Source: an uncultured Candidatus Saccharibacteria bacterium
Lineage (GTDB): Bacteria > Patescibacteriota > Minisyncoccia > Minisyncoccales > CAZKCU01
Direction of reading: 5' to 3'
NCBI GenBank assembly: GCA_964431915.1
Contig: CAYSLI010000002.1
Coordinates: 14,013 to 78,012 of the forward strand
DNA length: 64,000 bases
Shown in pieces: positions 1-9,584 of this stretch. The notes beneath the pieces are model-generated. The model worked only from the letters and a program-made list of their open reading frames with translations, searched no databases and was not told the DNA's origin. The position numbers and the translations under genes were made by a program. Numbering within the stretch: the stretch's first letter is position 1; every line of letters begins with the position of its first letter.

Positions 1-474
1 AGGATTTACCTTGGTGAAACCGACGAAATGATAAATAAAAAAATAAAGTTAGTTTTGAAAGCAAAATTAAATCCTATTTTATGTGTTGGAGAGACTGAAG
101 AGGAGAGAAGCCAAGGAAGAACCCAGGAAGTTTTAAAAAATCAATTAATATCTGCTCTTTCGAACATTTCTAAATCTATAATTCAAAATTCAAAATTCTC
201 AGTTGCCTATGAACCAATTTGGGCAATTGGAACAGGAAAAGCTTGTGAAACTAACGAAGCTCAAACTATGGGTTTATTCATTCGAAAAATTATAACCCAG
301 CTTTATGGGGGTTTTATTTCTAAAAAGGTTCGGATACTATACGGAGGAAGCATAAACTCCCAAAATGGGCTGAGTTATATTAAAGAGGCAAGAATGCAAG
401 GGCTTTTAGTGGGAGGAGCATCTTTAAATAAGCAAGAATTTATCCAAATTATAAAGAAGATTGCAAGTAGTTGA
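1..474 (+). CDS. tpiA: triosephosphate isomerase, C-terminal part (5' end off-window)
   Basis: Frame open from nt 1; motifs ILCVGETEEER, AYEPIWAIGTGK, LYGGS. Confidence 0.9.
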   Translation, partial: RIYLGETDEMINKKIKLVLKAKLNPILCVGETEEERSQGRTQEVLKNQLISALSNISKSIIQNSKFSVAYEPIWAIGTGKACETNEAQTMGLFIRKIITQLYGGFISKKVRILYGGSINSQNGLSYIKEARMQGLLVGGASLNKQEFIQIIKKIASS

Positions 475-508
475 CTTAATTAGGAACTTTTGCTACATTA
501 ATATTATT

Positions 509-1027
509 ATGGAGAATTTTTCTAAAGGCCATTTTTATAATCCAACCCGAGGAAATTTAACATTGCCAAAGGTAATTGAAGAGATATTAAATTATATTAA
601 AGAGAAGCCAGAGAAATTTTATGACATTATTGTTGGCTGTGATTCATCCTCAAGCCAGGAACCTCATTTCCCCGTGGCAGTAGTTATTTTGAGGACAGGA
701 GAGGGAGGGAGATTTTTTCTTAAAAAAATAAGTTATCCTTTTTCTTCAAAAAAGAAATTTTATAACTGGAAAGAAAGAATTTTGGAAGAAGTTTTGCTAT
801 CTTGCCAGCTGGCCTTATTTTTGAGGGAAAATTTAGAAAAACAAATCAAAAAGTCAGTTTCTCTACCTAATTATCAGTTTCGATATATTCATGCTGATAT
901 TGGAGAAAATGGGCAGACAAAAGATATGATAAAAGAAGTGACTGGCCTTATTCAGGGAAATGGGTTTGAGCCCAAAATAAAACCAGAATCTTTCGTTGCC
1001 TCAACAGTAGCAGATAGATATACCTAG
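509..1027 (+). CDS. YkuK/DUF458 RNase H-like protein
   Basis: C-terminal YIHADIGENGQTKDMI...KPESFVASTVADRY resembles the YkuK family; ATG at 509 preferred over the TTG at 461 that overlaps tpiA. Confidence 0.65.
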   Translation: MENFSKGHFYNPTRGNLTLPKVIEEILNYIKEKPEKFYDIIVGCDSSSSQEPHFPVAVVILRTGEGGRFFLKKISYPFSSKKKFYNWKERILEEVLLSCQLALFLRENLEKQIKKSVSLPNYQFRYIHADIGENGQTKDMIKEVTGLIQGNGFEPKIKPESFVASTVADRYT

Positions 1028-1036
1028 AAATAAAAG

Positions 1037-2785
1037 ATGAATTCAAAAGAGCTTCGTCAGAAATTTTTAGAGTTTTTTGAAAAAAGAGGGCATAAAGTAG
1101 TGCCCTCAAGTTCGTTATTATCAACTGACCCCAGTGTTTTGTTTACTAGTGCCGGAATGCAGCAATTCAAAGTCTATTATTTAGGCGAGAAATCACCCTA
1201 TGGGTTGGATGTTGTTTCCTGTCAGAAATGTTTCAGGACCTCTGATATTGAGGAAGTGGGAGATGAGAGCCATCTTACTTTTATTGAAATGCTGGGCAAT
1301 TTTTCTTTTGGGGGATATTTTAAAAAAGAAGCGATAAATTTGGCTTATCAATTTCTTTTTAAAGAATTAAAATTGCCAATAGAAGAAGCTATTTTCACGG
1401 TTTTTAAGGGTAACAAAGATGTTCCAGAAGACAAAGAATCGATTGAAATTTGGAAGAAATTAGGAATTCCCGAAAATAAGATAAAAAAATGTGGAAAAGC
1501 AGATAATTTTTGGGGCCCGACTGGTAAAGAAGGTCCCTGCGGACCAACAACCGAAATTTATCTTCGAGGCATTGAGGTTTGGAATTTGGTTTTTAACGAA
1601 TATTATCAAGACAAGAACGGAAAATTAACACCATTGAAACAAAAGGGAGTAGATACTGGAATGGGTCTGGAAAGATTAGCTATGGTTGCTCAGGGCAAAA
1701 ATTCAGTTTATGAAAATGATTTATTCAATTCTATAATAAAAGAAATCGAAAAGAGAGAAGCTAAACCTTATTCCCTAAACCCTAAGCCCTATCGTATTAT
1801 TGCTGACCACATTAAGAGTTCGGTTTTTTTGATTTCAGAAGGAATTTTTCCTTCTAATGTGGAAGAAGGTTATGTTTTAAGAAGAATTCTGCGAAGAGCG
1901 ATAAGATTTGGGAAACTTTTAGATTACAGTCCACTCACTACCCAATATAGTTTTTTGATTCCTTTGGCTCAAAAAGTTATTGAAATTTATCAAGACATTT
2001 ACCCCGAAATAAAATCCCGAGAAGCTGATATCTTAACTGTTATTCAAAAAGAAGGAGAGAAATTTGAAAAAACTCTTGAAAAAGGACTCAAAGAGTTTGG
2101 GAAAATTTCAGCCAAAGGCAATATTAAAGGAGACGAAGCCTTTCATCTTTACGATACTTACGGCTTTCCATTAGAGTTGACCGGAGAGTTGGCTAAAGAA
2201 AAGGGACTGAAGGTCGATGTTAAAGGATTCGAGGAATCTTTTAGGAGACATCAAGAGATTTCAAGAGCAGGTGTAGAAAAAAAATTTGGCGGAGTAGGAA
2301 AGGAAATAACTTACGAATCAGCTAAGCTTCATACAGCTACCCATTTACTTCATTCAGCTTTGAGAAAGATTCTCGGTGAACATGTTAAACAAATGGGCTC
2401 AGATATTACTTCCCAAAGACTTCGATTTGATTTCTCTCACTCGCAGAAAATGACACCAGAAGAAATCAAGGAAGTTGAAGATTTAGTTAATCAAAAAATT
2501 AGAGAAAATTTGGGGGTAAAAAAAGAAGAGATGTCATTGAAAGAAGCTCTAAATTCAGGAGCTTTATCTTTTTTTAAAGAAAAATACCCGGAAAGAGTAA
2601 CGGTTTATTCGGCTGGCGATTTTTCAAAAGAAATTTGTGCCGGTCCCCACGTTAACAAAACCTCAGAACTTGGCAAATTTAAAATTATAAAGGAAGAATC
2701 TTCTGGAGCAGGCGTAAGAAGAATTCGGGGAATTTGTTCGCCTTTGGCGAAGAAATCTTCAGCTAAGCCGAACATTTTAAAATAA
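1037..2785 (+). CDS. alaS: alanyl-tRNA synthetase, short form (no C-Ala domain)
   Basis: N-terminus ELRQKFLEFFEKRGH, DNFWGPTG..GPCGP, GMGLERL, editing motifs HTATHLLH and CAGPHV; 582 aa. Confidence 0.92.
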   Translation: MNSKELRQKFLEFFEKRGHKVVPSSSLLSTDPSVLFTSAGMQQFKVYYLGEKSPYGLDVVSCQKCFRTSDIEEVGDESHLTFIEMLGNFSFGGYFKKEAINLAYQFLFKELKLPIEEAIFTVFKGNKDVPEDKESIEIWKKLGIPENKIKKCGKADNFWGPTGKEGPCGPTTEIYLRGIEVWNLVFNEYYQDKNGKLTPLKQKGVDTGMGLERLAMVAQGKNSVYENDLFNSIIKEIEKREAKPYSLNPKPYRIIADHIKSSVFLISEGIFPSNVEEGYVLRRILRRAIRFGKLLDYSPLTTQYSFLIPLAQKVIEIYQDIYPEIKSREADILTVIQKEGEKFEKTLEKGLKEFGKISAKGNIKGDEAFHLYDTYGFPLELTGELAKEKGLKVDVKGFEESFRRHQEISRAGVEKKFGGVGKEITYESAKLHTATHLLHSALRKILGEHVKQMGSDITSQRLRFDFSHSQKMTPEEIKEVEDLVNQKIRENLGVKKEEMSLKEALNSGALSFFKEKYPERVTVYSAGDFSKEICAGPHVNKTSELGKFKIIKEESSGAGVRRIRGICSPLAKKSSAKPNILK

Positions 2786-2829
2786 TCAATATTTGTTTTT
2801 AAATAAAGAGAGTGATAAAATAAGAGGCG

Positions 2830-4086
2830 ATGATAAATTTCTCGTTATTCCAAAAGAAAGAAGAGATATTTTTAGGATTGGATATCGGCACAGAAGCGGT
2901 AAAAGCTATAATTTTTTCTCTCTCAGAAAAAAAAGATAAAAAGATTACTATTTTGGGAAACTCTCTTTCCTACTTTGACAGTTACGGGGTATTTGACAGT
3001 CAGGATTTCGAAGCTGATGTTGTCAAAAGAACTATTTCAAAAACGATTAAAGAAGCTCAAGAAAAAGTTAATCAAAAGCCGAGCGAGGCGGGAGATGAGA
3101 TTTTGTCTCAGCGACCGCCTAATCTGAGATTACTTGAATTGCCAGCTAACATTTTAAAAGGAAGAATTGTTTTTCAGTCTTTTAAAAGAAAAAATTCTCA
3201 ATCCATTATTGACAAAAAAGAGAAAGAAGTGATTTATCAGAAGATTTTAAGCAAAGCTCAAAATGAAATTTCCCAGATTTTTGCCACAGAATCCGGCATT
3301 TTGCCGAAAGATATTCACTTTATTAACCTAAAAATCCTGGAAATAAAAATTGATGGATATCAAGTACCAGCTATTCAAGGGTATGATGGGGAAAATTTAG
3401 ATTTTAGAATTTTAGCTATTTTTTTACCGAAATATTATTTAGAGAATATAAGAAAAATTATTCAGGATTTAATTCCTACTGATTTTTATAAAGGAGAGAG
3501 ATTAAAGATTCTGAACCTTGCAGAACTTTTACCTTATTTTTTCAAAGACAGGATAGTCGATGGAATTTTTCTTGATGTTGGAGGAAATTTGACCCAGATT
3601 TTTTTAGTAAACAATGGAAAACTAAATAATGTCGGTGAATTCGAAATAGGAGGAAAAACTTTTTCCCAAGCTCTTTCTCAGGGTTTGGGAATAGAAATTT
3701 CAGGGGCAAGAGTTTTAAAAGAAAATTATTCTAAAGGAGAATTATCAGAAGAAGTGAGAAAAAGAGTTAGAGAGATTTTTTTTCAATCTTTAGGAGATTG
3801 GTTCAAAAATCTAAAACTAAAATTAAAGACCCAAAGGATTTTTGACGGAGGTCGGACCTCTGCAGGTTTACTACTTCCATCAACTTTTTTTCTTTTCGGG
3901 GGAGGAAGTCAACTGCCCGAAATTCAGGAAATTTTAGAAGAGGGGAATTGGAAGGGCTTTTCTTTTTTTACTCCCCCAAAAGTAAAATTTATTTATCCAA
4001 AGGACTTCAGAAATATTGAAGATATAACAAAAAAATTAAATAGCCCTCAAGACGTCCCTGCCTTACTACTTTGTTATGCCTGCTAA
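2830..4086 (+). CDS. actin-like ATPase, FtsA/PilM-like
   Basis: GLDIGTEAVKA, FLDVGGNLTQI and LFGGGSQLPEI phosphate/adenosine-type motifs. Confidence 0.55.
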   Translation: MINFSLFQKKEEIFLGLDIGTEAVKAIIFSLSEKKDKKITILGNSLSYFDSYGVFDSQDFEADVVKRTISKTIKEAQEKVNQKPSEAGDEILSQRPPNLRLLELPANILKGRIVFQSFKRKNSQSIIDKKEKEVIYQKILSKAQNEISQIFATESGILPKDIHFINLKILEIKIDGYQVPAIQGYDGENLDFRILAIFLPKYYLENIRKIIQDLIPTDFYKGERLKILNLAELLPYFFKDRIVDGIFLDVGGNLTQIFLVNNGKLNNVGEFEIGGKTFSQALSQGLGIEISGARVLKENYSKGELSEEVRKRVREIFFQSLGDWFKNLKLKLKTQRIFDGGRTSAGLLLPSTFFLFGGGSQLPEIQEILEEGNWKGFSFFTPPKVKFIYPKDFRNIEDITKKLNSPQDVPALLLCYAC

Positions 4087-5389
4087 ATCTAAACCCAAAA
4101 AAATTTTTGATATTTTTCCTCCCGAAACTTCTCCGGCTACCTTTAGACCGGAGGAGTTTCAAGCTCCGAAATTACCAAGCAGAAAACATCTGAGAGGGAA
4201 GAAAAGTTTGATTTTAGTTGTTGGAATTTTAATTTTAACCGGGATTTTTGCTTACTTTTTATTACCTCGAGCTCAAATAGAAATTTGGCCGGAAACTCAA
4301 ACTTTGAATTTTAAAGAAAAGGTAGAAGTCTCTTCCCAAGTAATTCAGCCTAATCCTGGCTTTTGGCTAAAGCGTGGGGCTATCCCTGGGAAAGCTTTTT
4401 ATAATCAGAAATCTTCTTCTCAAGAATTTCTTTCATCAGGTAAACTAATTAAAAAAGAGAAGGCAGGAGGTATAATTCGAGTTTACAATGCTTATTCTAC
4501 CTCTTCTCGAGTACTGATATCTTCTCGTTTTATTTCGGCAGATGGAAAATTATTTTGGTCATTAAGAAAAGAGATGATTCCCGGGGCAAAATATAAAGAG
4601 GGAAATCTTATTCCAGGTTACGCCGACATTAAGGCTCAGGCAGCCGAAGTCGGAGAAGATTATAATATTAAACCTTCTACTTTTGCTCTTCCTGCGCTTG
4701 CCGGAAGTCCATTATACACTACCATTTATGGAAAATCTTTCTCTCCTATGACAGGTGGCTTTAAAGGTGAAGTTTCTCAGGTTACTCAGGGAGATTTAGA
4801 GAGGGCAGAAAATATTTTAGCCACCAATCTTTTTGAAGAGGGGAGTAAAGCTTTAGAAAATGAGCTCCAGTCGAATAAAAATTCCTCAGATTTTATCTTG
4901 CTTGATGAAGCTCAAAGTCAAGAAATTATTGAGGGTTCATCTTCGGCCAACCCGGGTGATGAGGTTGAGGCGTTTAATTTCCAGGTTAAAGTTGATTCAA
5001 AGGCTTTAGTATTTAAAAAATCTGATTTAGAAGATTTTTCTAAAGAATTTATTCTTTCTCAAGTACCTCAAAATGATTTAGAGCCAAATATCTTCTGGTT
5101 AAATAAAAAAATTCATAATGAAAGTCTAAAAATAGATTTTAGACCAGAATCAATAGATTTGAAATCAGAGAAGATTGTCTTAAATTTAGATATCACTGCT
5201 AAAATTTATTCAGATATTAATGAGATTAGCCTAAAAAAAGCTCTTTTCGGCAAACCCTTAGAAGAAACCCGAATTCTTTTGGAAGACCAACCTCAAGTTG
5301 CTAAAGTCCAGGTAAAATTTTGGCCATTTTGGGTAAAGAGAATTCCCCAAAATATGGGAAGGATTAGAATAAAACTAAATGTTGACTAG
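4076..5389 (+). CDS. hypothetical single-pass membrane protein
   Basis: 437-aa ORF overlapping the upstream gene by 11 nt; one N-terminal TM (LILVVGILILTGIFAYFLL); no recognisable family. Confidence 0.5.
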   Translation: MPAKSKPKKIFDIFPPETSPATFRPEEFQAPKLPSRKHLRGKKSLILVVGILILTGIFAYFLLPRAQIEIWPETQTLNFKEKVEVSSQVIQPNPGFWLKRGAIPGKAFYNQKSSSQEFLSSGKLIKKEKAGGIIRVYNAYSTSSRVLISSRFISADGKLFWSLRKEMIPGAKYKEGNLIPGYADIKAQAAEVGEDYNIKPSTFALPALAGSPLYTTIYGKSFSPMTGGFKGEVSQVTQGDLERAENILATNLFEEGSKALENELQSNKNSSDFILLDEAQSQEIIEGSSSANPGDEVEAFNFQVKVDSKALVFKKSDLEDFSKEFILSQVPQNDLEPNIFWLNKKIHNESLKIDFRPESIDLKSEKIVLNLDITAKIYSDINEISLKKALFGKPLEETRILLEDQPQVAKVQVKFWPFWVKRIPQNMGRIRIKLNVD

Positions 5390-5421
5390 TTTAGGAAAAT
5401 TTGTTATTGTAAATAATTATT

Positions 5422-5649
5422 TTGATGGTAAATCCAAATAAAAAATTCTTACAAAAATTCGGTCGGGTAATAGAAGCTCTACCCAGTATCCATTTCCGGG
5501 TAAGGTTAGATGATGGGAAAGAAATAATTGCTCATCTGGCTGGGAAATTAAGACTTTATCGAATAAAAGTTTTACCTGGGGATAAAGTAACAGTAGAAAT
5601 GAGCCCTTATGATGAAAAAAGGGGAAGAATAGTATATCGTGGAAAATAA
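5422..5649 (+). CDS. infA: translation initiation factor IF-1
   Basis: S1-like sequence [20 protein letters not shown]...[16 protein letters not shown]. Confidence 0.93.
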   Translation: MMVNPNKKFLQKFGRVIEALPSIHFRVRLDDGKEIIAHLAGKLRLYRIKVLPGDKVTVEMSPYDEKRGRIVYRGK

Positions 5650-5712
5650 ATTAAAGATTAAAGTTATAAGATTTGAATTAATTTAACTTTAACCTTCAAC
5701 CTTAAATCGATT

Positions 5713-5826
5713 ATGAAAGTAAGGTCATCAGTTAAAAAAATTTGTAAAAATTGTAAGATAGTTCGGCGAAAAGGCCGACTCTATGTTATCTGTAAAAATC
5801 CCAAGCATAAACAACGCCAAGGATGA
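5713..5826 (+). CDS. rpmJ: 50S ribosomal protein L36
   Basis: Hand-translated [37 protein letters not shown]; below the ORF-track length cut-off. Confidence 0.9.
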   Translation: MKVRSSVKKICKNCKIVRRKGRLYVICKNPKHKQRQG

Positions 5827-5866
5827 CCGCTCGGGAAGTAATTTGTATCATTCGCATTATATTTCT

Positions 5867-6256
5867 ATGCCGAGAATAGCTGGTGTAAATATACCAGAAC
5901 AAAAACAAATAGAAATTGCCTTGACCTACATCTTTGGCATAGGGCTGGCTTTGAGTAGAAAGATTTTAGCTACAGCTGGCATTGAGAAATCCAAACTTGC
6001 ATCCAAACTAACTTCAGAAGAAATAAATCTGCTTAAAGAGATTATTGAAAAAAAATATAAAATTGAGGGAAATCTTAAAAGAGAGATAATGATGAATATT
6101 AGAAGATTAAAAAATATATCTTCTTTTCGAGGAATTCGTCATATTAAAGGGCTACCGGTGAGAGGCCAAAGAACCCGAACAAATACTCGGACTGTCCGGG
6201 GGAATGTCAGAAAAACAGTAGGCTCGGGAAAGAAACCTGCTCCAGCCCCCAAGTAA
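5867..6256 (+). CDS. rpsM: 30S ribosomal protein S13
   Basis: MPRIAGVNIPEQKQIEIALTYIFGIG; ATG 5867 chosen because track start 5783 overlaps rpmJ. Confidence 0.92.
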   Translation: MPRIAGVNIPEQKQIEIALTYIFGIGLALSRKILATAGIEKSKLASKLTSEEINLLKEIIEKKYKIEGNLKREIMMNIRRLKNISSFRGIRHIKGLPVRGQRTRTNTRTVRGNVRKTVGSGKKPAPAPK

Positions 6257-6262
6257 TGATTT

Positions 6263-6715
6263 ATGGGTAAAAAGAGAATCGTCACTAAAACAGAAGAAGA
6301 GCTTTTAAAAGAAAGAGAAAAAGTACAAGAGCGCCTGAAAAAAGAGGTTAAACTTAAGCCTTCTCGAAAGATTACAGAAGGTAGAATTTATATTTTAGCT
6401 TCTTATAACAACACCATTATTACCTTAACTGATCTTCGGGGAAATGTTTTGGCCTGGGCCAGTGCAGGCAATATTGGATTTAAAGGAACAAAAAAGGCTA
6501 CTCCTTTTGCCGCCTCGAGAGTAGCAGAAGTTTTAGTTCAGGCTGCTAAAAAATTAGGGATTGAGAAGGTAGCCATTTTAGTAAAGGGAATTGGGTCAGG
6601 CAGGGAATCAGCAGTTAGATCTTTGGCTGCCAGAGGTCTTGATATCGTTTCAATTAAAGATATCACACCGATTCCCCACAATGGATGTAGACCGCCTAAA
6701 GTCCGCCGTGTTTAA
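6263..6715 (+). CDS. rpsK: 30S ribosomal protein S11 with N-terminal extension
   Basis: [18 protein letters not shown]...[13 protein letters not shown]. Confidence 0.93.
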   Translation: MGKKRIVTKTEEELLKEREKVQERLKKEVKLKPSRKITEGRIYILASYNNTIITLTDLRGNVLAWASAGNIGFKGTKKATPFAASRVAEVLVQAAKKLGIEKVAILVKGIGSGRESAVRSLAARGLDIVSIKDITPIPHNGCRPPKVRRV

Positions 6716-6795
6716 AGTGACACAAAGATATCAATACATATTAATGATGTGAATATTGGTATAATTAGTATTAATTTGTATGTTAGCGTCGATTT

Positions 6796-7428
6796 ATGCA
6801 GAATTCTAAATGTAAAATATGTCGCCGATTAGGAATGAAGCTCTTCTTGAAGGGCGAACGTTGTTTGAGCCAGAAATGCCCGATGGTAAAAAGGTCCTAT
6901 CCGCCCGGCCAGAAGAAGAAAAGAAGAACTAGAACTCCTTCTGAATATGGAAAAGAATTAAGGGAAAAACAAAAATTAAAAAAATGGTATAATTTAGGAG
7001 AAAGGCAGTTTCGGAAATACGTCAGAGAAATCTTAGAGTCTCGTCAAGGAGAAAAAAAAGATGTCCTTACTTTATTAATTAAAACTTTAGAAAGTCGTTT
7101 AGACAATGTGATTTTTCGGTTAGGGATTGCCTCTTCCAGGTCTCAGGCTAGGCAATTAGTCTCCCATGGTCACTTTTTAGTTAATTCAAAAGCAGTTAAC
7201 AATCCCGGATATCTTATAAAAAAGGGAGACAAAATTAGAATTTCTCCGGCTTCTCGTAAAAAAAGTATTTTTCAAAATCTCTCTGTTTTATTAAAAAAAA
7301 GAGAGCTACCTTCTTGGATTTCCTTGGATGTCGAAAAGTTAGAAGGGAAGGTGATAGGTACACCTTCTTTAGAGGAGGTTGTTCCTCCGGCTGAAGTTTC
7401 GCTAATATTTGAGTATTATTCAAGATAA
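6796..7428 (+). CDS. rpsD: 30S ribosomal protein S4
   Basis: CKICRRLGMKLFLKGERC, SEYGKELREKQK, S4 domain RLDNVIFRLG. Confidence 0.93.
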   Translation: MQNSKCKICRRLGMKLFLKGERCLSQKCPMVKRSYPPGQKKKRRTRTPSEYGKELREKQKLKKWYNLGERQFRKYVREILESRQGEKKDVLTLLIKTLESRLDNVIFRLGIASSRSQARQLVSHGHFLVNSKAVNNPGYLIKKGDKIRISPASRKKSIFQNLSVLLKKRELPSWISLDVEKLEGKVIGTPSLEEVVPPAEVSLIFEYYSR

Positions 7429-7454
7429 ATTAACATAATCCCAATTATATTTAT

Positions 7455-8288
7455 ATGATTCCTTTACCATCTCAACCAAAAATTATTGAAAAAAAAGGAA
7501 ATAGGGCAATCTTTCAGATGGAGGCCCTCTACCCGGGTTATGGAGTGACCATTGGGAATTCTCTGAGAAGAGTTTTACTTTCTTCTTTAGCGGGAGCAGC
7601 GGTTACTCGAGTGAAAATCAGAGGAATTCAGCACGAATTTTCAACAATACCAGGAATTCTGGAAGATGTGATTGAAATTATACTAAACTTAAAGCAGCTG
7701 AGATTTAAACTTTTTACTTCAGAAATCCAAAAAGCCAGATTAAAAGTAAAAGGCGAAAAGGAGGTGAAGGCCTCGGATTTTGAATTGCCCTCACAGGTTG
7801 AAATAGTAAATAAAACAGCTCATATCGCTACTTTAACTACCAAAAAAGCTGAACTTGAGATGGAAGTCCAAATTGAAAAAGGGCTGGGATATCAGCCAAG
7901 AGAATCAAGAGAGGAGGAAAAATTAGAAATAGGAGAAATTTCCCTTGATGCTATTTTTACTCCGGTAAAAAAAGTAAGTTATCAAATTGAAAATATGCGA
8001 GTGGGGAAAAGAACCGATTTCGATAGACTAAATTTAGAAATCGAAACAGATGGTCAGATTACTCCCGAAGAAGCTTTCAGCCAGGCTTCAGAAATCTTGG
8101 TAAAACACTTTTCTTTATTTACTGAAGCATTCAAAAAGCCAGAAGAGGAAGTGATGCAGGTAGCTCCAGTCAAAAAGAAAAAAACTATAGCTCGACGAAA
8201 AATTCTCTCCAAAAAACATATCAAAAAACATATGAAGGTAAGAAAAAGGAAAAAGCCTTCGGTTCAGCGCCGTACCTCCAAAAAATAA
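7455..8288 (+). CDS. rpoA: RNA polymerase alpha subunit, NTD plus polybasic tail, no recognisable alpha-CTD
   Basis: YGVTIGNSLRRVLLSSL, EDVIEIILNLKQL; 277 aa ending in a K/R-rich 45-aa tail. Confidence 0.9.
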   Translation: MIPLPSQPKIIEKKGNRAIFQMEALYPGYGVTIGNSLRRVLLSSLAGAAVTRVKIRGIQHEFSTIPGILEDVIEIILNLKQLRFKLFTSEIQKARLKVKGEKEVKASDFELPSQVEIVNKTAHIATLTTKKAELEMEVQIEKGLGYQPRESREEEKLEIGEISLDAIFTPVKKVSYQIENMRVGKRTDFDRLNLEIETDGQITPEEAFSQASEILVKHFSLFTEAFKKPEEEVMQVAPVKKKKTIARRKILSKKHIKKHMKVRKRKKPSVQRRTSKK

Positions 8289-8298
8289 TTAAATAAGT

Positions 8299-8652
8299 AT
8301 GCGAAAAGGTAAACAAGGACGAAAATTAAGTCGAAAAAGAGGCCAACGTCAGGCATTATTGAAGGCAGAAATTTCTGCTCTTTTATCGAGAGAAAAAATT
8401 AAGACCACTGAGGCCAAAGCAAAAGAAGTACGGCCCCTTGTAGAAAAATTTATAACTCGGGCTAAAAAAGGAGATTTATCTTCAAGGAGGTTATTGGCAA
8501 AATTTTTTTCTCCGGAGATAGTTACAAAATTGTTTAAAGAAGTTGGACCAAGGTACAAAGAAAGGAAAGGAGGGTATACAAGGATTATTAAACTTGGGCC
8601 GAGAAAGACGGATGGCGCGAGAATGGCGATAATAGAATTAATTGAAAGTTAA
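8299..8652 (+). CDS. rplQ: 50S ribosomal protein L17
   Basis: GRKLSRKRGQRQALL...KGGYTRIIKLGPRKTDGA. Confidence 0.92.
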   Translation: MRKGKQGRKLSRKRGQRQALLKAEISALLSREKIKTTEAKAKEVRPLVEKFITRAKKGDLSSRRLLAKFFSPEIVTKLFKEVGPRYKERKGGYTRIIKLGPRKTDGARMAIIELIES

Positions 8653-8657
8653 AAATT

Positions 8658-9005
8658 ATGGAAAGGAAAACCCATACAATTGATGCTACAGGCAGGGTCT
8701 TGGGCAGGTTAGCAGCAGAAATCGCAATTTTGTTACGGGGTAAACATAGGCCCGATTTTGTCCCTTATAAAGATATAGGTGACATTGTTGTTGTTAAAAA
8801 TATTAATAAAATAAAATTTACTGGTAAAAAATTTGAGTCCAAAATTTATTTCCGCCATTCAGGGTATCTTGGCAGTTTAAAAGAAATTCCTTTAAAAACA
8901 CTTTTTAAGAAAGATTCTCCTAAAGTTTTGCAGAAAGCAGTTTTTGGGATGTTGCCGAAAAATAAACTAAGAGCAAAAATGATAAAGCGTTTAAAAATAG
9001 AATAA
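8658..9005 (+). CDS. rplM: 50S ribosomal protein L13 (short)
   Basis: IDATGRVLGRLAAEIAILLRGKH...FRHSGY.G. Confidence 0.9.
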   Translation: MERKTHTIDATGRVLGRLAAEIAILLRGKHRPDFVPYKDIGDIVVVKNINKIKFTGKKFESKIYFRHSGYLGSLKEIPLKTLFKKDSPKVLQKAVFGMLPKNKLRAKMIKRLKIE

Positions 9006-9541
9006 TGCGAATTAATATGAAGAAAATTAAAAAGACAAAAAAAGCAGTTAAAAAAAAGCCTGCCCTTAAAAAAGTTAAGGAAGCAAAAGTTGTTAAAAAA
9101 GCCAAAAAGATAGGGTCTAAGAAAAAAGTTAGAAAACCAGCGCCGCCGCCAGCTCGCTATTTTGAAGCAGTGGGCAAGAGAAAAACAGCAATAGCCAGGG
9201 TGCGTCTATTTACCCGGGGAGAAAAAGTATTTTTAGTTAATGAAAAACCTTTTACTGTTTATTTTCCCACTCTTAATCTTCAACAAGTTGCTACAGCCAG
9301 CTTAAGAAAGATGCGATGTCTTGATAAATTCAGAGTTTTAGTCAAAGTTAGGGGAGGGGGAGTAAATGCCCAGGCAGAAGCTTTAAGACATGGGATAACT
9401 CGAGCCCTCACTCTTTTTAATCCTGATTTTAAAAAAAGGTTAAGAAGAGTAGGTTATTTAACTCGCGACGCCAGAAAGAGAGAAAGAAAGAAATTCGGAT
9501 TAAAACGAGCAAGAAGAGCTCCCCAATGGCGGAAACGATAA
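9005..9541 (+). CDS. rpsI: 30S ribosomal protein S9 with ~50-aa Lys-rich N-terminal extension
   Basis: GKRKTAIARVRL...GGGVNAQAEALRHGITRAL...LTRDARKRERKK; TAATG overlap with rplM. Confidence 0.9.
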   Translation: MRINMKKIKKTKKAVKKKPALKKVKEAKVVKKAKKIGSKKKVRKPAPPPARYFEAVGKRKTAIARVRLFTRGEKVFLVNEKPFTVYFPTLNLQQVATASLRKMRCLDKFRVLVKVRGGGVNAQAEALRHGITRALTLFNPDFKKRLRRVGYLTRDARKRERKKFGLKRARRAPQWRKR

Positions 9542-9584
9542 CCATAATACAAATGATACGAATTCAACTCAAATACTACGAATT

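Noticed and set aside
5783-5866. ORF-track start of rpsM at 5783. The same issue arises with secE at 28930, the YkuK-like gene at 461, the KH protein at 49033, trmD at 49443, rpmF at 46907 and the MiaB-like gene at 39539.
   Set aside because: The extended N-termini overlap upstream genes or are non-homologous hydrophobic or odd leaders. Internal ATGs reproduce the canonical protein N-termini, so the shorter models were used.
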